NCBI GenBank assembly: GCA_964234715.1
Contig: OZ174280.1
DNA from: Podarcis melisellensis
Lineage: Eukaryota
Direction: 5' to 3' (one strand)
Length of the DNA stretch: 64,000 bases
The stretch's first letter is position 1; each line of letters starts with the position of its first letter. The notes below the pieces were generated by a model, which had not been told where the DNA came from, searched no databases, and worked only from the letters and a program-made list of their open reading frames with translations. This document shows, piece after piece, positions 1 to 13,288 of this stretch. The position numbers and the translations under genes are program-made.

Positions 1-649
1 GAACTGTTTCAGTGTTGGATAGCAGCAAAATGCAGTCTAGCAACCATGGCTGAAGCTTTAATGCAGGCATATGCAGGAGAACAGGAACATGTGGTGAAAA
101 TGAGGAACTCTGCAAGGACAACAAGGAGCAAAGGAGTATTATGGTCCAGTAAGAGACATCAGTGAAGTTATGCCTCAAAACATTTACCCAAGGAAACGCG
201 GGGGGGGGGGGGGGATCACCGAGTCTGGACTATGTGGCTTTAGTGGTATGCCTTGCTGCTTTATAAATCACTAGCAGGCACTTCACAGCACATCATCCAA
301 CTCCAGGGAGTTTCCTTGAGCATCAATCACTGGGTTTTCAAGCACTGATCTGACCAGGACAAAGTCTACTGTAACTAATTTAACCTTTCCAAGTGGTATT
401 CTGTTTACTTAAATGACACCGACAAATAATCTACCGCACTCCTTAGTGCAGTATGTCAGATTTTATCCAATAAAATTTTGTCTTGTGCCTTACAAACATG
501 TTTACATTGTAAGGTTAACTCCACAGTCCTTTGGGATTGCTTCAAAGTGAAATGTTGACTCAATCTGTCTTTTAGAGAGTACAAAAGAGAGGGAATTCCC
601 AACAGCAGGTCAACCAATTAGGTGATATTCGAACCAGACCACTGGTCAG

Positions 650-655
650 TTTATT
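650..655 (-). terminator. OMA1: Candidate OMA1 polyadenylation signal (AATAAA)
   Basis: TTTATT on + strand; the canonical minus-strand hexamer I found downstream of the OMA1 stop (~750 nt of 3' UTR). Confidence 0.45.
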
Positions 656-1402
656 GCATCTTGATCCTTGTAAAAGGCAGCGAATTCTTACCAATATTTT
701 ATAAATATCATTGGACAAAACTAACTGAGCTTGCAACAAAGTCAAAAGGATTTACACAGGTAAGGGATACTATTTCATTATTTGCGACAAAGGGACAGAT
801 TTGTATCCAACTTGAGCCTGGGGATACAACTTAAAACTGCATTGCAAGAACTGCCCTTGGATAGACATTTTAGACAGATGCAATGTTTCCATTTTTCCAA
901 TATGCAGCCCTCCCTGCCCTCCCCACCACACTCAGCTGGACATCCCTTTGAGACATCCATTGGGAAACGGGGGTGAGGGGATGGAGAAGATTATAACATG
1001 ATTGGGAAAAGACATAGTTCTGACAGTCAGGCTAACATTTCGGTGTACAAGAGGATTTGCTGTTGCAGCCTGGTTATACATGCAGTATGTATACGAGTGC
1101 CATATGGGGCACTGCTGAATACCCCCACCCCACTCCCATGCAGACAAAGGTTTCCTGTTCTCTTCCATCATGGAAACTGCTCCTCATGTTCCTTGTGCAT
1201 ATGAAACATTCTTCTGCAAATCCATTCAAGAGCCGAGTTCCAGAGGCACATCACTGTCAAAAATTGTGGCCATAAATTAATAGCACTGCCTGTCAGTCTG
1301 GCCATTTCAAATTTCTGAAGCAGTTTCCTGAAAAGCACAGTACTTGCCTTGAGAATTTGGATAACGTTAATCCAGGAAGCATTTCTGCCTTCACCTGCAG
1401 AG

Positions 1403-1588
1403 TTATTTCCCAGCTACTATGTCCACGTGTGTCTTCTCCTTTGTTCTGTAAAGGGCATCGTGAGTGAAGTTTGAGCCTCCCTCGTTTTTAGACGACTGCA
1501 GAATTTGTTGCTTGGCCAGTTTGAAAGCAAAGCGTGGATCCTGTCCAGGCAAAGCTGGGCAATTGCAGTGCTCCCTGATTTTAATTAC
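1403..1588 (-). CDS. OMA1: OMA1 last coding exon (VIKIREHCNCPALPGQDPRFAFKL...AGK*)
   Basis: Acceptor ...CTGCAG| at 1590/1589; peptide resembles the OMA1 C-terminus (xLKIRExCNCPxLxxxDPR); TAA at 1405-1403; phase 0 with the preceding exon. Confidence 0.93.
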   Translation of the reverse strand, partial: VIKIREHCNCPALPGQDPRFAFKLAKQQILQSSKNEGGSNFTHDALYRTKEKTHVDIVAGK

Positions 1589-2211
1589 CTGCAGTAGCAA
1601 CAACAAAAAGACCAAAGAAAGAAAGTTACCACGCGGGAGAACAAACTCCAGGTTTTTTAAAATGGAAATGACCAGCTTCTTCCCAGGATTGCTGCAATGC
1701 AAAGACTAATGACATATAGAGCAATTTAATGAGTGGTCAGGGTTTGGGCACTTGGGAGATCACTGGAACCTTTTGGCTGCATAAAGTTTAATACTGGTTG
1801 CTTAAACATACTGCCTCAGTCTGATTTTGAAGACTGCCTCCCTTCCTGCCCAGGCTACCTTCCAATTCAGCAGGACTCCCAACCCTTAGGGGAGACTTTG
1901 TGGAGAGCTAGGGATGGCGGGGTGGGGAGGAAGAAGGGGCAGGGAAGTCAGCTTTCTTTGGCTCCCTAATGCCCCATTTTCTCTGGATCCAATCCACTGT
2001 GTCCACTGAAACAGAGGCCTCCGAGGGAAACAATGTCATTAATATGTAATCACATCATGGACCAAAAAATACTTCTCTGACCCAGAAGAAACCCACTGGT
2101 TTGATGCCAGTGTTAAATTACAAAACTTTATTTGAATAGCTTTAATAATTTATAATCAGCTAATTAAAATATAAAAATACAGGCATACATATATAGCAGA
2201 CGACTCTATAG

Positions 2212-2420
2212 CAGTGGTTTTTAACATTTTTTGGAGGCGGTCACAGACCCCCTTTGAGAATCTGATGAAAGCTGATGGAAACCCTTGCCAGGAAAATGCA
2301 TCCACGCACGCACACAATTTTGCATGATTTTATTGCATTGGGGAAATCATTTTTTGTGCCCAGTCCTCCCACACCATCCATGGAACCCCTGGGGGGCACA
2401 GCAGGTTTGTTGAGTTTCCC
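2212..2420 (+). mobile_element. hAT (Charlie-like) non-autonomous DNA transposon remnant
   Basis: Starts CAGTGGTTTTTAAC (hAT TIR type); internal GGTCACAGACCCCCTTTGAGAATCTGATGAAAGCT resembles Charlie-type MITEs from memory; right end degenerate. Confidence 0.55.
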
Positions 2421-3189
2421 ATGGGGTTGGAAGGATGGGAAAAGTCCACCCTCCACTCACAGCTCTTTCTTCACCCTCTGTCCTCTCCTTGTCCTCCAGC
2501 TGAGTTCAAGCAATTCCTTTTTTGGCTTCGCATGAAAGCATGCTGAATGTTTTAAGAGTAAAAAAAAGAGAGAAATGCTTCCAATAAGTTGGTTCCTTAA
2601 AAGTCAAGCTGGTCATGAAATTCTTATCACGATATCCCATATTGTTCTAAATGGCACTGACATGATGGGCAAACTGGAATTGTCCAGACTGGCATGCTGT
2701 TGGCACAGTGTATCTGTGCAGAGTTAAAAATAAGGATCTGAATGTTTCATCATCTGCTCAAGCATCAAACCGTATTTGCATCACTGCAACATTACTCAAA
2801 GTTGATTCAGCTATGGTGCTGCAAAAGTGGCTTAAATACATGCTGTGCAATCAAGCTTTTTTTTAAAAAAATATAAACCCATTCAAAACATTTCTTACCC
2901 AACTTCACTGCACAGCGACTTCAGAAGGGTTACTTACTAAAAGAGTTTCAAATTCACAACACAGTTATTAAAAGCCAGGCAGGTAAGTCACAACCAGTCA
3001 ACCAAAAATAATTCATATCGGTGCCAGATATTACTGAAAGCCAAGACACATAACCAAGTCTTTAGGTGGTGGCTTTTTTTAAAAAAAAAATGTTAAATTT
3101 CTTACTGCCCTTCATCCAAGGATCACATTTTACAATATAAAAACACAAAATACTTAACATAGCAACAAACCAAAACAATTAAAAAAAAC

Positions 3190-3330
3190 CTACACACAGT
3201 TTAAAAGGCAATAGATGGGAATGTTTTTGCCTATCACTTCAATATATGTAATATATGTAATGAAGGCACCAGGTGAGCCTCCCTGGGGAGAGCATTCCAC
3301 AAGCGGGGAGCCACTGCAGAAAAGGGTAGG
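3190..3330 (-). mobile_element. L2/CR1-clade LINE 3' fragment
   Basis: CTCCCTGGGGAGAGCATTCCACAAGCGGGGAGCCACTGCAGAAAAGG is typical of the reverse-strand 3' end of squamate L2 elements; boundaries approximate. Confidence 0.5.
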
Positions 3331-6300
3331 TGCCAGCCATATTACAGAGCAGTGAGAGTTGCAAAAGTGGAGCGCCTTTATCAAGCAAATGCTATAAAGA
3401 CCCACTCGCCCCACCTTCACAATAGATTCATGGTCAAGCTTAGGTAGCTTCTGCTGGCATTTTGCAGAAACCCTCACTGTAGTTTAGACATCACCTGTTT
3501 ACACAAACCAATCATGCTCTCAATGCCACAGCCTACCCCTCATGTAATACACATCACTGGAACACAAAGAGACCATCTCCTGTTGCCATAGTTAAGTACA
3601 CAGACAATTCTGGCTGGTATGAGGAAGCAATTTTTATTTTAAGTTTAAATTCTAGAATCATTTTGTGTCTGTGTGACTAGATACAGAGGAATAAAAAGCT
3701 TCCCTCACACAGCTGGCTATTGAAGCCATATTTCTCCTCACAAAAAAAATGCCTTTTTTTTAGTATGTAAATAAATGCTATTTTCTAAAACTAGCCAAGA
3801 AACAAACACCAGCTTTTGAAAACAAGTTCCAGCCAAACAACTTTTAATTTATTTATTTGCACAATCCAAAGGTGGAAAAAGAATAGTTGACTCATCACCA
3901 AAACCACTCTGAGCTGAGGGTCTCACATACCCCTCTGACATCGTTTATTTATTTTTACTATGCTCCCATCTCCTCCCTCCCCTGCTGCGAGGACATTTTT
4001 CTTCTAAAAAATGTAACTTTGTTTTCCAGATGGCCCTCCAAATATCGCCCATAGAAATTCACAAGATGTATATCAAGCCGTTTCCACTTCAGCAACCAAT
4101 CAATTCCTTAACAGATATTCGCAATGGCAGAGTTTCCTCTTGTTCTTCTTGCTGAACAGAAGCCACTGCAAGACTGCATTAATGTCAAACAGCATTATTC
4201 AAGCCAAGTAGAAATCTAAAGATTTAGGTTGTATCTTGAAAAGGGCAATGTGATCCGCTTTTAAACTAATTTAGCATTTTTAAATCTCTACGCTTCTCCC
4301 CCTCCTCTCTCTTTTAACTATATAGTGTCTATCTCCCCTTTCTCTGCTTTAAGTTATCTAAAACACTGGTGCATGTAGAAGGAAAACCATCAAGAGCCAC
4401 AAGACGGTTCAGAGAAAACATTTGTACCCCGTGGAGGTGGATTCCCCTCCTTTTGCTTTCTTATTCCACATCAAGCAGTTAGAGGGGGCGAAAGGTGGCT
4501 GATTAAACACCCGCCACACTGATTCATACTCCATTAAATACAAGATGAAGACTACAGGCACGGCTGAGGGAGGGGTGAGCTCAGCACGGCCCCTCCTGCA
4601 GCCACACTCCAGACAGAGTGATATTTGCAGCAATTTCCAACCACTATGGGAAAAGTTAAGTCTCATTAAGGGAGTGCCCTTCCTTGGCTACTGGTGTTTT
4701 GCTTAAGGCCAGCAGTGCGCAGGCATTACTGGCAACATATGCCACTGCTTTGCAACTGGTGGGGTCAGGACCTGCTAATAGGTAGCAGCATGACCTAAGG
4801 TGTGCCGCAACAGCAGAGATCCCCTCATATGAATATATGGCAGAAATAACAATAGCAATTCAATCCCATGCATGTTTACTTGGTTCTGTTTAGTTCAATG
4901 GGGGTTACTCACTAAGTGTAGCCTAAGGCCATACCCTGGGGGAAAATGTGCTTTAGATAGCGTGAAAACACATTAATTTATTGTATGTTTAAGTATACTA
5001 AAGTAGTGACCTATAAGTCAATATTTTTCAGTTTAATTCTTTAGCCACGGGAGCTCATGGCAGAATATTCTTTATGTAGCTTGTTCCTATTATGTGATGG
5101 TGAACTTCTCTTTCTCACTCATGTAAAATATCCACATCTTTCCCCCTGAGGCAAAGACTGGATATTATTTAGAAAACACAGCCAAATGACTTGTGCATGG
5201 CAATATACTTAGAATGCACCACGGAAGATCATCTGGGCGTTTGCTCTATCATGTCTCACTCATAGCAAGAAAGCACTAGAACTCGTGGGGAAAGTGTGCA
5301 TTCTGTCCTCAAAGTAATCTACTTTATCAGATTTTTTTAAACAAAAACAAGAAAATACTATGGAAAGGCAAGCTGCTTTAAAATTATGCAGCTTTGAGAG
5401 GGTTTGCCAGGTAATTTAGAACAAGAATGCTTTAGAAGTAGAAATAAAAGTGGCCACATTCTCTTCTAACAGGTTTCCTGAGAAAATACATATTCTCACA
5501 AATGCAATCTTTAGTTGACAGCCTGTTCGTTACTGTACAGCAGGTACACATCGTATAATCCAAGAAAAGGGGTGTTTTTTTCTTCCAATTCTGAAAATGT
5601 TAGGTTTTCTAGCCCCGTGCAGTTTCAAGGCCAATTCAATTATACCAGCTAGTAAAATATTTACCTTTGAGTTTGTCTGTGTCACAAGCAACGTGAAATC
5701 TGGACTGAGAATGAGTGATGTTTGTACAGAGCAAGCAGCTTCTCCATAAATTATCTAAAACCTGGAGCATACTTTATAGCCAATACTTGTGCTTCAGAAC
5801 ATTGGACAATTATACTGTGTTGTTTTGTTTTACGATTACTTTTATGTCCTACTCCTGTCAAACAGGGACAGTCTATTTACACCACTGGCCCCTAAATAAA
5901 GAAGTGCCTTTGAGTTTAACATGCAGGTTTTTTAACAGGCAGATAGCATTTGGGTATGTGTGATTATTTTAGGGATCACACCAATACAGAGGGGGTATTT
6001 AACACTTCCCTCTCCTTTTGTGGTCTTGAGGAAAATCTCTCCTCTAAAGGTACAATCTGCATTTCTTTTATTCTTCCATGTTGTCCAAAATTATTCACAT
6101 GTTTCCTACCAAGAAATCAGACACTGACTTGCAGCATATTCTAAACAAGTCATATTCAAACCAGGGTGTGTGAAGCTGCCTTAACTGATAGCTCTTTATT
6201 TAAAACTAAAATCCCTAGTTTGCACATAATGCTAAACTGAGAGTAGTTTTAAATTCTAAAGTTTTAAACTGTGTCATAACACAGGCAATCTCATTAAAGC

Positions 6301-9006
6301 ACATATTAATTCAGCCAAGTAGAAGCTATGCACCTTTCATCCCAACCAAGTGCTCCTGGAACCAGACCCCAACATCCTACTCAAGGTTAACACCAGTTTC
6401 CATAGACATCAAGACATAGTCCTGCCCAACGTCTGCATGGTCAGGGCCTCAGAGCCAAAGCTAAGACCTCACACTTGCAGATCCCTGCCAACTCAGTTGG
6501 GGGGGTGGCAACCACAGCTGCATTCCACAAGAGCACCCCCTGGAAAAAATCTACAGGGCAGCCACTTGAGCTCATATCTCCACATCCAAGGGGGATACGT
6601 AGGCCTCAGCAGCGATGGCCTTTAGCAAGTGGGTAGGCGCTCCATAAAGTTATCCTTGCTACCCTAGGATGGAATGACCACTGCTTTGGAACAAGCCCTG
6701 ACTGTATGCTGTAACCATTACGCTAAATGCCAGATAAGCTGCTGAGCAGGATTTTGTCACGTTTGTTGAATACCTATGGAAGAGGTTTGGAAAACCAGAT
6801 TGCCCACCAGGGGCTGCTGTCGCTGGGAGCCCTTGCAATGAAAGCAGCCAGACAAAAGGTAAAGAGGCCTGCTAGGAAAAGCTGCTCTGGATGAATTTCT
6901 GCCTGTACTGGTATGTTCAAGGAGGCATGCCAGAAAAAAGAGAGTCAGTCCTCGAAGGGCACAATTCAAAACAGAGCAAGTGGTCCCTGGTCACAAGACA
7001 GAGAGGCCTCAGCTGTGTTTCCAGTGGCAAAATGATTTTATCAACATGTAACTTGAAAACATGATCAGGCTGTACTGCTTGATCAAGAACACAGTATTGC
7101 TTGTGTTGCAGAGGATTTAAGGGGAAAGACATGACTGGGCTCAGGCTCTGTGCGTCTTTATCCCTGCCTCTGTAACAAAGCCCTAATATGGTTCAGCACA
7201 GCGCCTTCATGACCTTTAATCTGGATGGGCATGCAAAGGGACACAGCAATGTGATTTGCCTGAAATGCCTAGAACTATCCTGAGATAAGGGTTAGCAAAT
7301 ACCAGGTAGAGCAGCATTTTTGTTAGGGACCAGGCAACGATTTCTTTCCCACTGGTAAGTCCCCAATCACATGCATACACAATCTGAGCTTCTCAGCAGA
7401 AAGAGCTGTGGCATTTGAGAGAACTTCTAAAATGACAGATGCAAGTCCTACCATGTAAATCATGCCTATGGAAAGTTCAACTGTCTAGTATCTCGTGGCA
7501 GCAGCCCCACAGAATCAGTATATTGTGTTCTGTGACATATTCTTATGACCCCCAATGCAGATGCCACTATTGCATTAATTATGGATGTAGGGGGAAAGTC
7601 ACCACAACTACTTAGGGATTTGGTAGCCAGGAAGTACAATTACCTTTTAAAAGGCCGGCATGTGAATGAAACCCAAGGGACAGCTTTTCCCAGGCAACGA
7701 CAAAGCGCGACATAGCCATATTCAATGAGATGTAAATGCCACTTTTTGCTTTTGAAAATCTTTCCCCAAACACTGAACACTTAGTTTAGAATGGAATTCA
7801 CAAAGTGATATCAAATGAAAGAGAACAGTAAATAAAAATATGCTTTGTTTGTGTTTTAAAGCTCACAACAGAATATTTCCTAGACTTCAGTATCAACTAT
7901 AGCTGCTTCAACATTCCACTCATCATAATTTAAGTAGCTATAATCCACAGTTTGGAAAATCTTCATCTTACCACTGAGAGATACAAAACTGAAATATATC
8001 TCTGCTATTCCCTCTGTCTATCTCTCTCATGCACACACGTGTAGCAGCACAGACAGTTATGCATGCATTCCTCTGGATTTTCAATTAATTTCTTTTTAAA
8101 TGGCACATTTTGCATTATCAACTCTAAGGAGGAAATGGTCATGCACCCAACACACATATGTTTCCTTGAAAGCTGCAGTGAAATTATGTGATATATACTA
8201 TTTGGACAAATCTGAAATTAATGCAATGAGCATTCAATGAACGTCTTCATAGGAACCCCTCCCTAACACCATTAATGCAGCTGCTTAACCAGGGGGCTTT
8301 TTACTCATGGGTCCGACAGCAACCTAAAGTCATCCCAAAAAGAGCATTTAAAATTATTGGTTCTCTGCATTTTCTACCTTTGACTATCCATGTGTTAAAT
8401 TTCCCATCTGACTTCCTTCTCATCCTAAATCTCTGAAACCTAACTTTACATTTTAAAATATCTCCCCAACCACCCTGAAAACCAATGTTCCTCCCTTCCC
8501 ATGCCCAATTTAAAGCCCCTTTCCACTTCCTGCTGCACAGCTCAAGGTAAGCCAGGAATGGCTTTTCTTTACATAAATGTGTCAGCGCTTTGAAAACAGT
8601 CAGCCTTGCAGGAAGAATGGATCACACAGCTTTTCAATAAGAGTCAGCACTTGCTTTTAATCCTGGAAGGCTCCAATACCACAGGCTTGAAAACAGCTGG
8701 GATTTCCCCCTCTCATATATGGGGGGTTGGGGGGGAGAAATCTTTAGGTCATCTCTAGGAAATTCTGTATTTCCTCTTCTCACGCTATATAGTTTGATCA
8801 GTAGATTTGTAGAAAGAAGGCACAGTACTTAAGATGATGAAGGTATCACATGCCTTGTGGTTCAAGTATAAAAGTAAGCAGAGGGCTATGGTCTGCTGCT
8901 CCCACTTGCTAGAGAGAAAGAATGAAGCGAAAACAATTGGCACACTCTCAGCAAGCCATTAACCATGGTTTACTGGGATGTGCATATGCAGCAACTGTGG
9001 CCCTAC

Positions 9007-9010
<4 letters not shown>

Positions 9011-9041
<31 letters not shown>
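9011..9041. repeat. (CT)n microsatellite
   Basis: Perfect TC dinucleotide run. Confidence 0.95.
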
Positions 9042-9046
<5 letters not shown>

Positions 9047-9345
9047 CCCCCAGACTCACTCCACCCCCAGCATTAAAAAACAAATCAACAAAAATACAAA
9101 ACAGCATCAAGAGAGAAAACTTAACAGCCACTTAAGAACCAAGAAAAGCTGGCAAAATAAAAAGGTCCTGACTGCCTGCTTAAAAGCCATCAAAGGCAAG
9201 ACCAACTGAACTACAAAGAGAGAGTCCCACAACCAGGGTACTGTCACGGAAAAAGCCCTGGTTACGTGTCATTGACAAGTGTACTCCCTTGGCAACAGAA
9301 CACAAGGGCAGGCCTTTTGGTGACAATCACAACTTCTTCTTCTTA

Positions 9346-9778
9346 TGTGACAAAAGTTGCATACCACTTGATTGTAGCAAAACCTCTAAGCAGTTTACTG
9401 TTAAAAACAAATAATTAAAAACTAGGGTAGACTTGCCTAAACAAAAATGTTTTAAGCTCATGCTAAAAAATAAGGCATCTGCCTAATATCAATGGCAACT
9501 GTTGGGCCAGTTCTTGTGGGAGGTGTTGGTACTTCAGGAAGAGGTGCAGCTTGTGCACCAGCTGAAGCTGGGCAAAGGCATTCCCAGCCGCAACAGCCAC
9601 TTGGATATCAAGGAGCTATGCCAGCTCCTGAACCCACTGGGACTTCGGATGGAGTACAAAGCAATCCATAGCAGGCTGCATTTCTATTCCAGTCAGCTTC
9701 TCTACTGATCATCTCAACTTCTTCATCGACCGCCTCCTTAGAATCAAATGCCTGACCCTTAGCATACTATACCAGACA
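9346..9778. mobile_element. Possible degenerate solo LTR
   Basis: TG...CA ends (TGTGAC...CAGACA) flanked by TCTTA / TGTTA (5-bp TSD, 1 mismatch); 433 bp. Confidence 0.4.
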
Positions 9779-11279
9779 TGTTATGAACCACCTGAGAACC
9801 AGTCTTGGATGAACGCTAGTATACACACCATCATCATCATCAAAAATTGCCTAATCATAATTTCTGACATCCTAAAGAGTTTGTAAGAATTGTAAGCTAT
9901 ACTGAGCGGTTTCGCGCAAACACTAAGCCGTAGTTTGTTTGGCCTACGTATGGTTTGAACATTCAATCCAGCCCAAAGGCTAATGAGAGTTGCCAACAAA
10001 ACATGAAGTGAAGCTGTGGTTTGTTGTTGATACAGAACCATGGTTTGTTTTAACTATGTTTTGGCATTATGTCCAAATCCATAAAATTTGCTTAACCATG
10101 GTTTGATCAGCCACCCCACCCCAGACATTCATTAAGCTTGAAAACAAAGCAAGCTGAGGGAGGGGGTGGGGAGTCATGGTGTGTTTTCTCATCTGTGAGA
10201 CAGCTTATGATTTGTGGAACAAAGACTGGTTAAAGCAAATCTATATGTAAACACGCAACATTATGGAATAAAACAAAAACGAAGTATGTCTCCAAATAAA
10301 GCAGAGCAACCTTCAGTTTAACTAACTGTCAGCGAACAAAACACACAATATACAAGCCATTTCTAAAGGAGAACAACATGCAAACCACAACTCTCTTCCT
10401 AAATCCAAGGACAACAAAAACGGTTAATGAACTTTCCAGATACTGCTAGCTAGGAGAGTGAGCAGAGCGAGAAGATCCTTCATGTCACACTTCTAGTGAT
10501 CCACTTACTATTCCTGTCACAGAAATATTTGACTGAAGAGGAGACTGGAAGATAACCAATATAAATTATCTTCTTGCCCTCTAAGATTATGTCTGTACTG
10601 GCCAATTTGTATATAAATTTGTTTCATTATATATCACCATTATTTTGCAGACTCTGCATCTAATATGTGTATTTGCAATTTGCACTCTATTTTCAGATTT
10701 GGTAGTTGTTCTCATTAAAAAAAAAGAAGAAAACACTAAGCATGTCAACTGATGCCTTTCAAAACAGCATATTTAGAAACATATAAAAAGGAGTACATAA
10801 CTTGCTCTGTATAAATTGGTTTTCATCTCATCCCTAAACAGTAAACCAATTTATGATGAGAAAAGTTGCTATTACAGAACAAACAAGACATAGCATACAA
10901 GGTTCAGGAAATGTTTGCTGCAAAAGACTGGGGACCACAGCACTAATAAGTATTATACTGCACCAGGGATTCACTGGTATGGACTCAAGCCAAGAGTACC
11001 ATGAAATCAGAAACAGAATGTGAAGAGAAAACATTACTCCTAAAATATTTTAACCTATAGTTTAACCTATAGTTTAATGCAAACAGGTGTTTGCTTTGCT
11101 CTTTCCCAACTCCTGCTTTATTGACGCTCCTTTAGTACAGCGCACATTCAGATGAAGATATGACATTTTTCGTAATTTGGGTATATCAAGGTCCTGTAGA
11201 ACGAGCAAAGAAAATTCTTATGCAGAAAGAAACTAGATTTATTTTCCTACCTGATTCTTTGCATCCCTCAGGTTTGAAT

Positions 11280-11900
11280 ACTGAAACTGATTATAGTTGC
11301 TTTCTATGAGTCATTACTAATGCTTGTATGTATAACACCTGTGTATGGATAAAGTTTGTTTTACATTTGTTATTTTAAAGGGGTCACTTTAAGAAGAAAA
11401 CCTTACAGCTGCAGGTTGCTGTCTCCTGTAACTAAAATCAATGCTGCGCCTGTCTATATAATCTTACATTGTAACAGTTGTTCACTGTAGAAACCACTAT
11501 GTTATAAGTTCTATTATCTTGATACTTCATATATGGTATGTACTTCTCTAGCACAATTGTTTATATAATTTTAATTTGTTAAAATATGTTGAATCATGAC
11601 ATTATATTCATTTATATTACTTAGAATATGTACCACTGATGAAGCCCATGAGAGCGAAACAAGGCATTATTCCGGAAATACTTGTCAACACTGTGGAACT
11701 GTAGTAGGCTCCAATTTGGACTTTATGAACAAATGTGGAACAGAAACCAGCAGATATTTGGTCTTTATGAATGAACTGCTTTATTGGGACTTTTGTCTAT
11801 GTTATTGCACTTTATGTGTTGTTTATGTGCAAGATAAACATTTGATATTGTGATAAGAATATATAGAAGAGTATTGTTTATGTGAATGCACAGCCGGTTA
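11280..11900 (+). mobile_element. Penelope-like element terminal remnant with a decayed hammerhead core
   Basis: AT-rich tract containing CTGATGA-AGC..GC-GAAAC (11636-11660); boundaries approximate. Confidence 0.45.
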
Positions 11901-12054
11901 CGTCTTGTGTGTTTGTCGAATGTATTTCATGTAACGCAAGGTTTGATGTTGTTTTGCAAGTTGTTACATGGCGGTGCAACAGCAGCAGGAATGGAGGAGG
12001 GGTGAAGTTTGCACTTTATTAGCTGCATGTGTCATGATGCTCTGCATTAACCAG

Positions 12055-12407
12055 TAAAGGTAAAGGGACCCCTGAACATTAGGTCCAGTCGTTGTCAACT
12101 CTGGGGTTATGGCGCTCATCTCGCTTTAGTGGCCAAGCGAGCTGGCATACAGCTTCTGGGTCATGTGGTCAGCATGACTAAGCCGCTTCTGGCGAACCAG
12201 AGCAGCGCACGGAAACGCCGTTTACCTTCCTGCCAGAGTGGTACCTATTTATCTACTTGCACTTTGATGTGCTTTTGAACTGCTAGGTTGGCAGGAGCAG
12301 GGACCGAGCAACGGGAGCTCACCCCGTCGCGGGGATTCGAACCACCGACCTTCTGATCTTGCAAGTCCTAGACTCTGTGGTTTAACCCACAGCGCCACCC
12401 GCGTCCC
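12055..12407 (-). mobile_element. Sauria SINE (full length, older copy)
   Basis: Minus strand begins GGGACGCGGGTGGCGCTGTGGG (tRNA-derived head with GGTTCGAATCC B box) and ends in a TTTACCTTTA tail; homologous to 63289-63645. Confidence 0.9.
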
Positions 12408-13138
12408 TTCTACATTAGTTTCTGTTTAAATATGGTTTAACATTGCATGCAAGCCAGTTATTAGTTAGTGCCTGTGAGTTAGGGCCCAAGAGACAAGCAG
12501 TTGCACTTGAGCTCAAATCCTATGAAATGGCAGATTTGACAGAAGCTTAGGAACAGCTTGTTCATAATTGCCTGGACTGGCGTCCACTGCTAAAAATCCA
12601 AAAGCATTGAGATTGAAGCACTCCAGTAAGATTACTTACAGACAAACTTGTGCTCCAATACTAGGTAACATTTAGCCTGGACTAAGAGGTCTGGTTTCAA
12701 ATTTCACCTTTGCCATAGGATTATTGTATGGCCCTAGACATGACTGAAATATGAACAATGACAGGATCATTTGAGGGCAAAGATTACAAAGCAGTTTGCA
12801 AATGTATAAATGATACATAGGAAATGGGAACAGGATAAGAGTTGCTGAAGAGAGAGGCACATTTGTTCCTGCGAGAAAGCTGAAGGTCTGCAGCTTGGGG
12901 GGACCAAGATAGATTTCAGTAAATCTAAGCAATATACAGCAAGTATTTCGACAGTATCTTTGTCTTAGAAAATTGCCAGCTAAGAAAGCAACCCGTAATG
13001 ACCATTAGATTTGGAGTGTGTGAGTGTGCAAAATCCATCCTATATATACATTGCCCTTGGCAACTCAAAGAAGGATGGGACAGACACGTGAAAAATGATA
13101 CTCAGTTTAAACACACCAAAAATCCCAAACCACCTCAC

Positions 13139-13288
13139 CTCTGGAATAAGTCTGTCCAAGTGCTCAGCTCGATTCTCATGGGAGGGGTGTGTAGAAAACC
13201 ATTCTGGCACTCTTGGTTGCCCTGTAAGAGTCTCAGCTAGCTCCATTTTCTGCCAGAATACAGAACTTGCTCTTACATCCATACAAGC
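13139..13288 (-). CDS. OMA1: OMA1 coding exon ([15 protein letters not shown]...[23 protein letters not shown])
   Basis: 150 bp, TAG| acceptor and GAG|GTGAGG donor; M48 peptidase STHP motif. Confidence 0.97.

Noticed and set aside
199-214. Poly-G runs (also 29458, 29736, 29801) as G-quadruplex elements
   Set aside because: Simple homopolymers whose length may be unreliable; no independent evidence of function
2262-2283. CTGATGA...GAAAC hammerhead-like text
   Set aside because: No stem II/III pairing, and it lies inside the hAT element
12320-12407. tRNA-like A/B box sequence (also at 63560-63645)
   Set aside because: It is the tRNA-derived head of the Sauria SINE, not a tRNA gene
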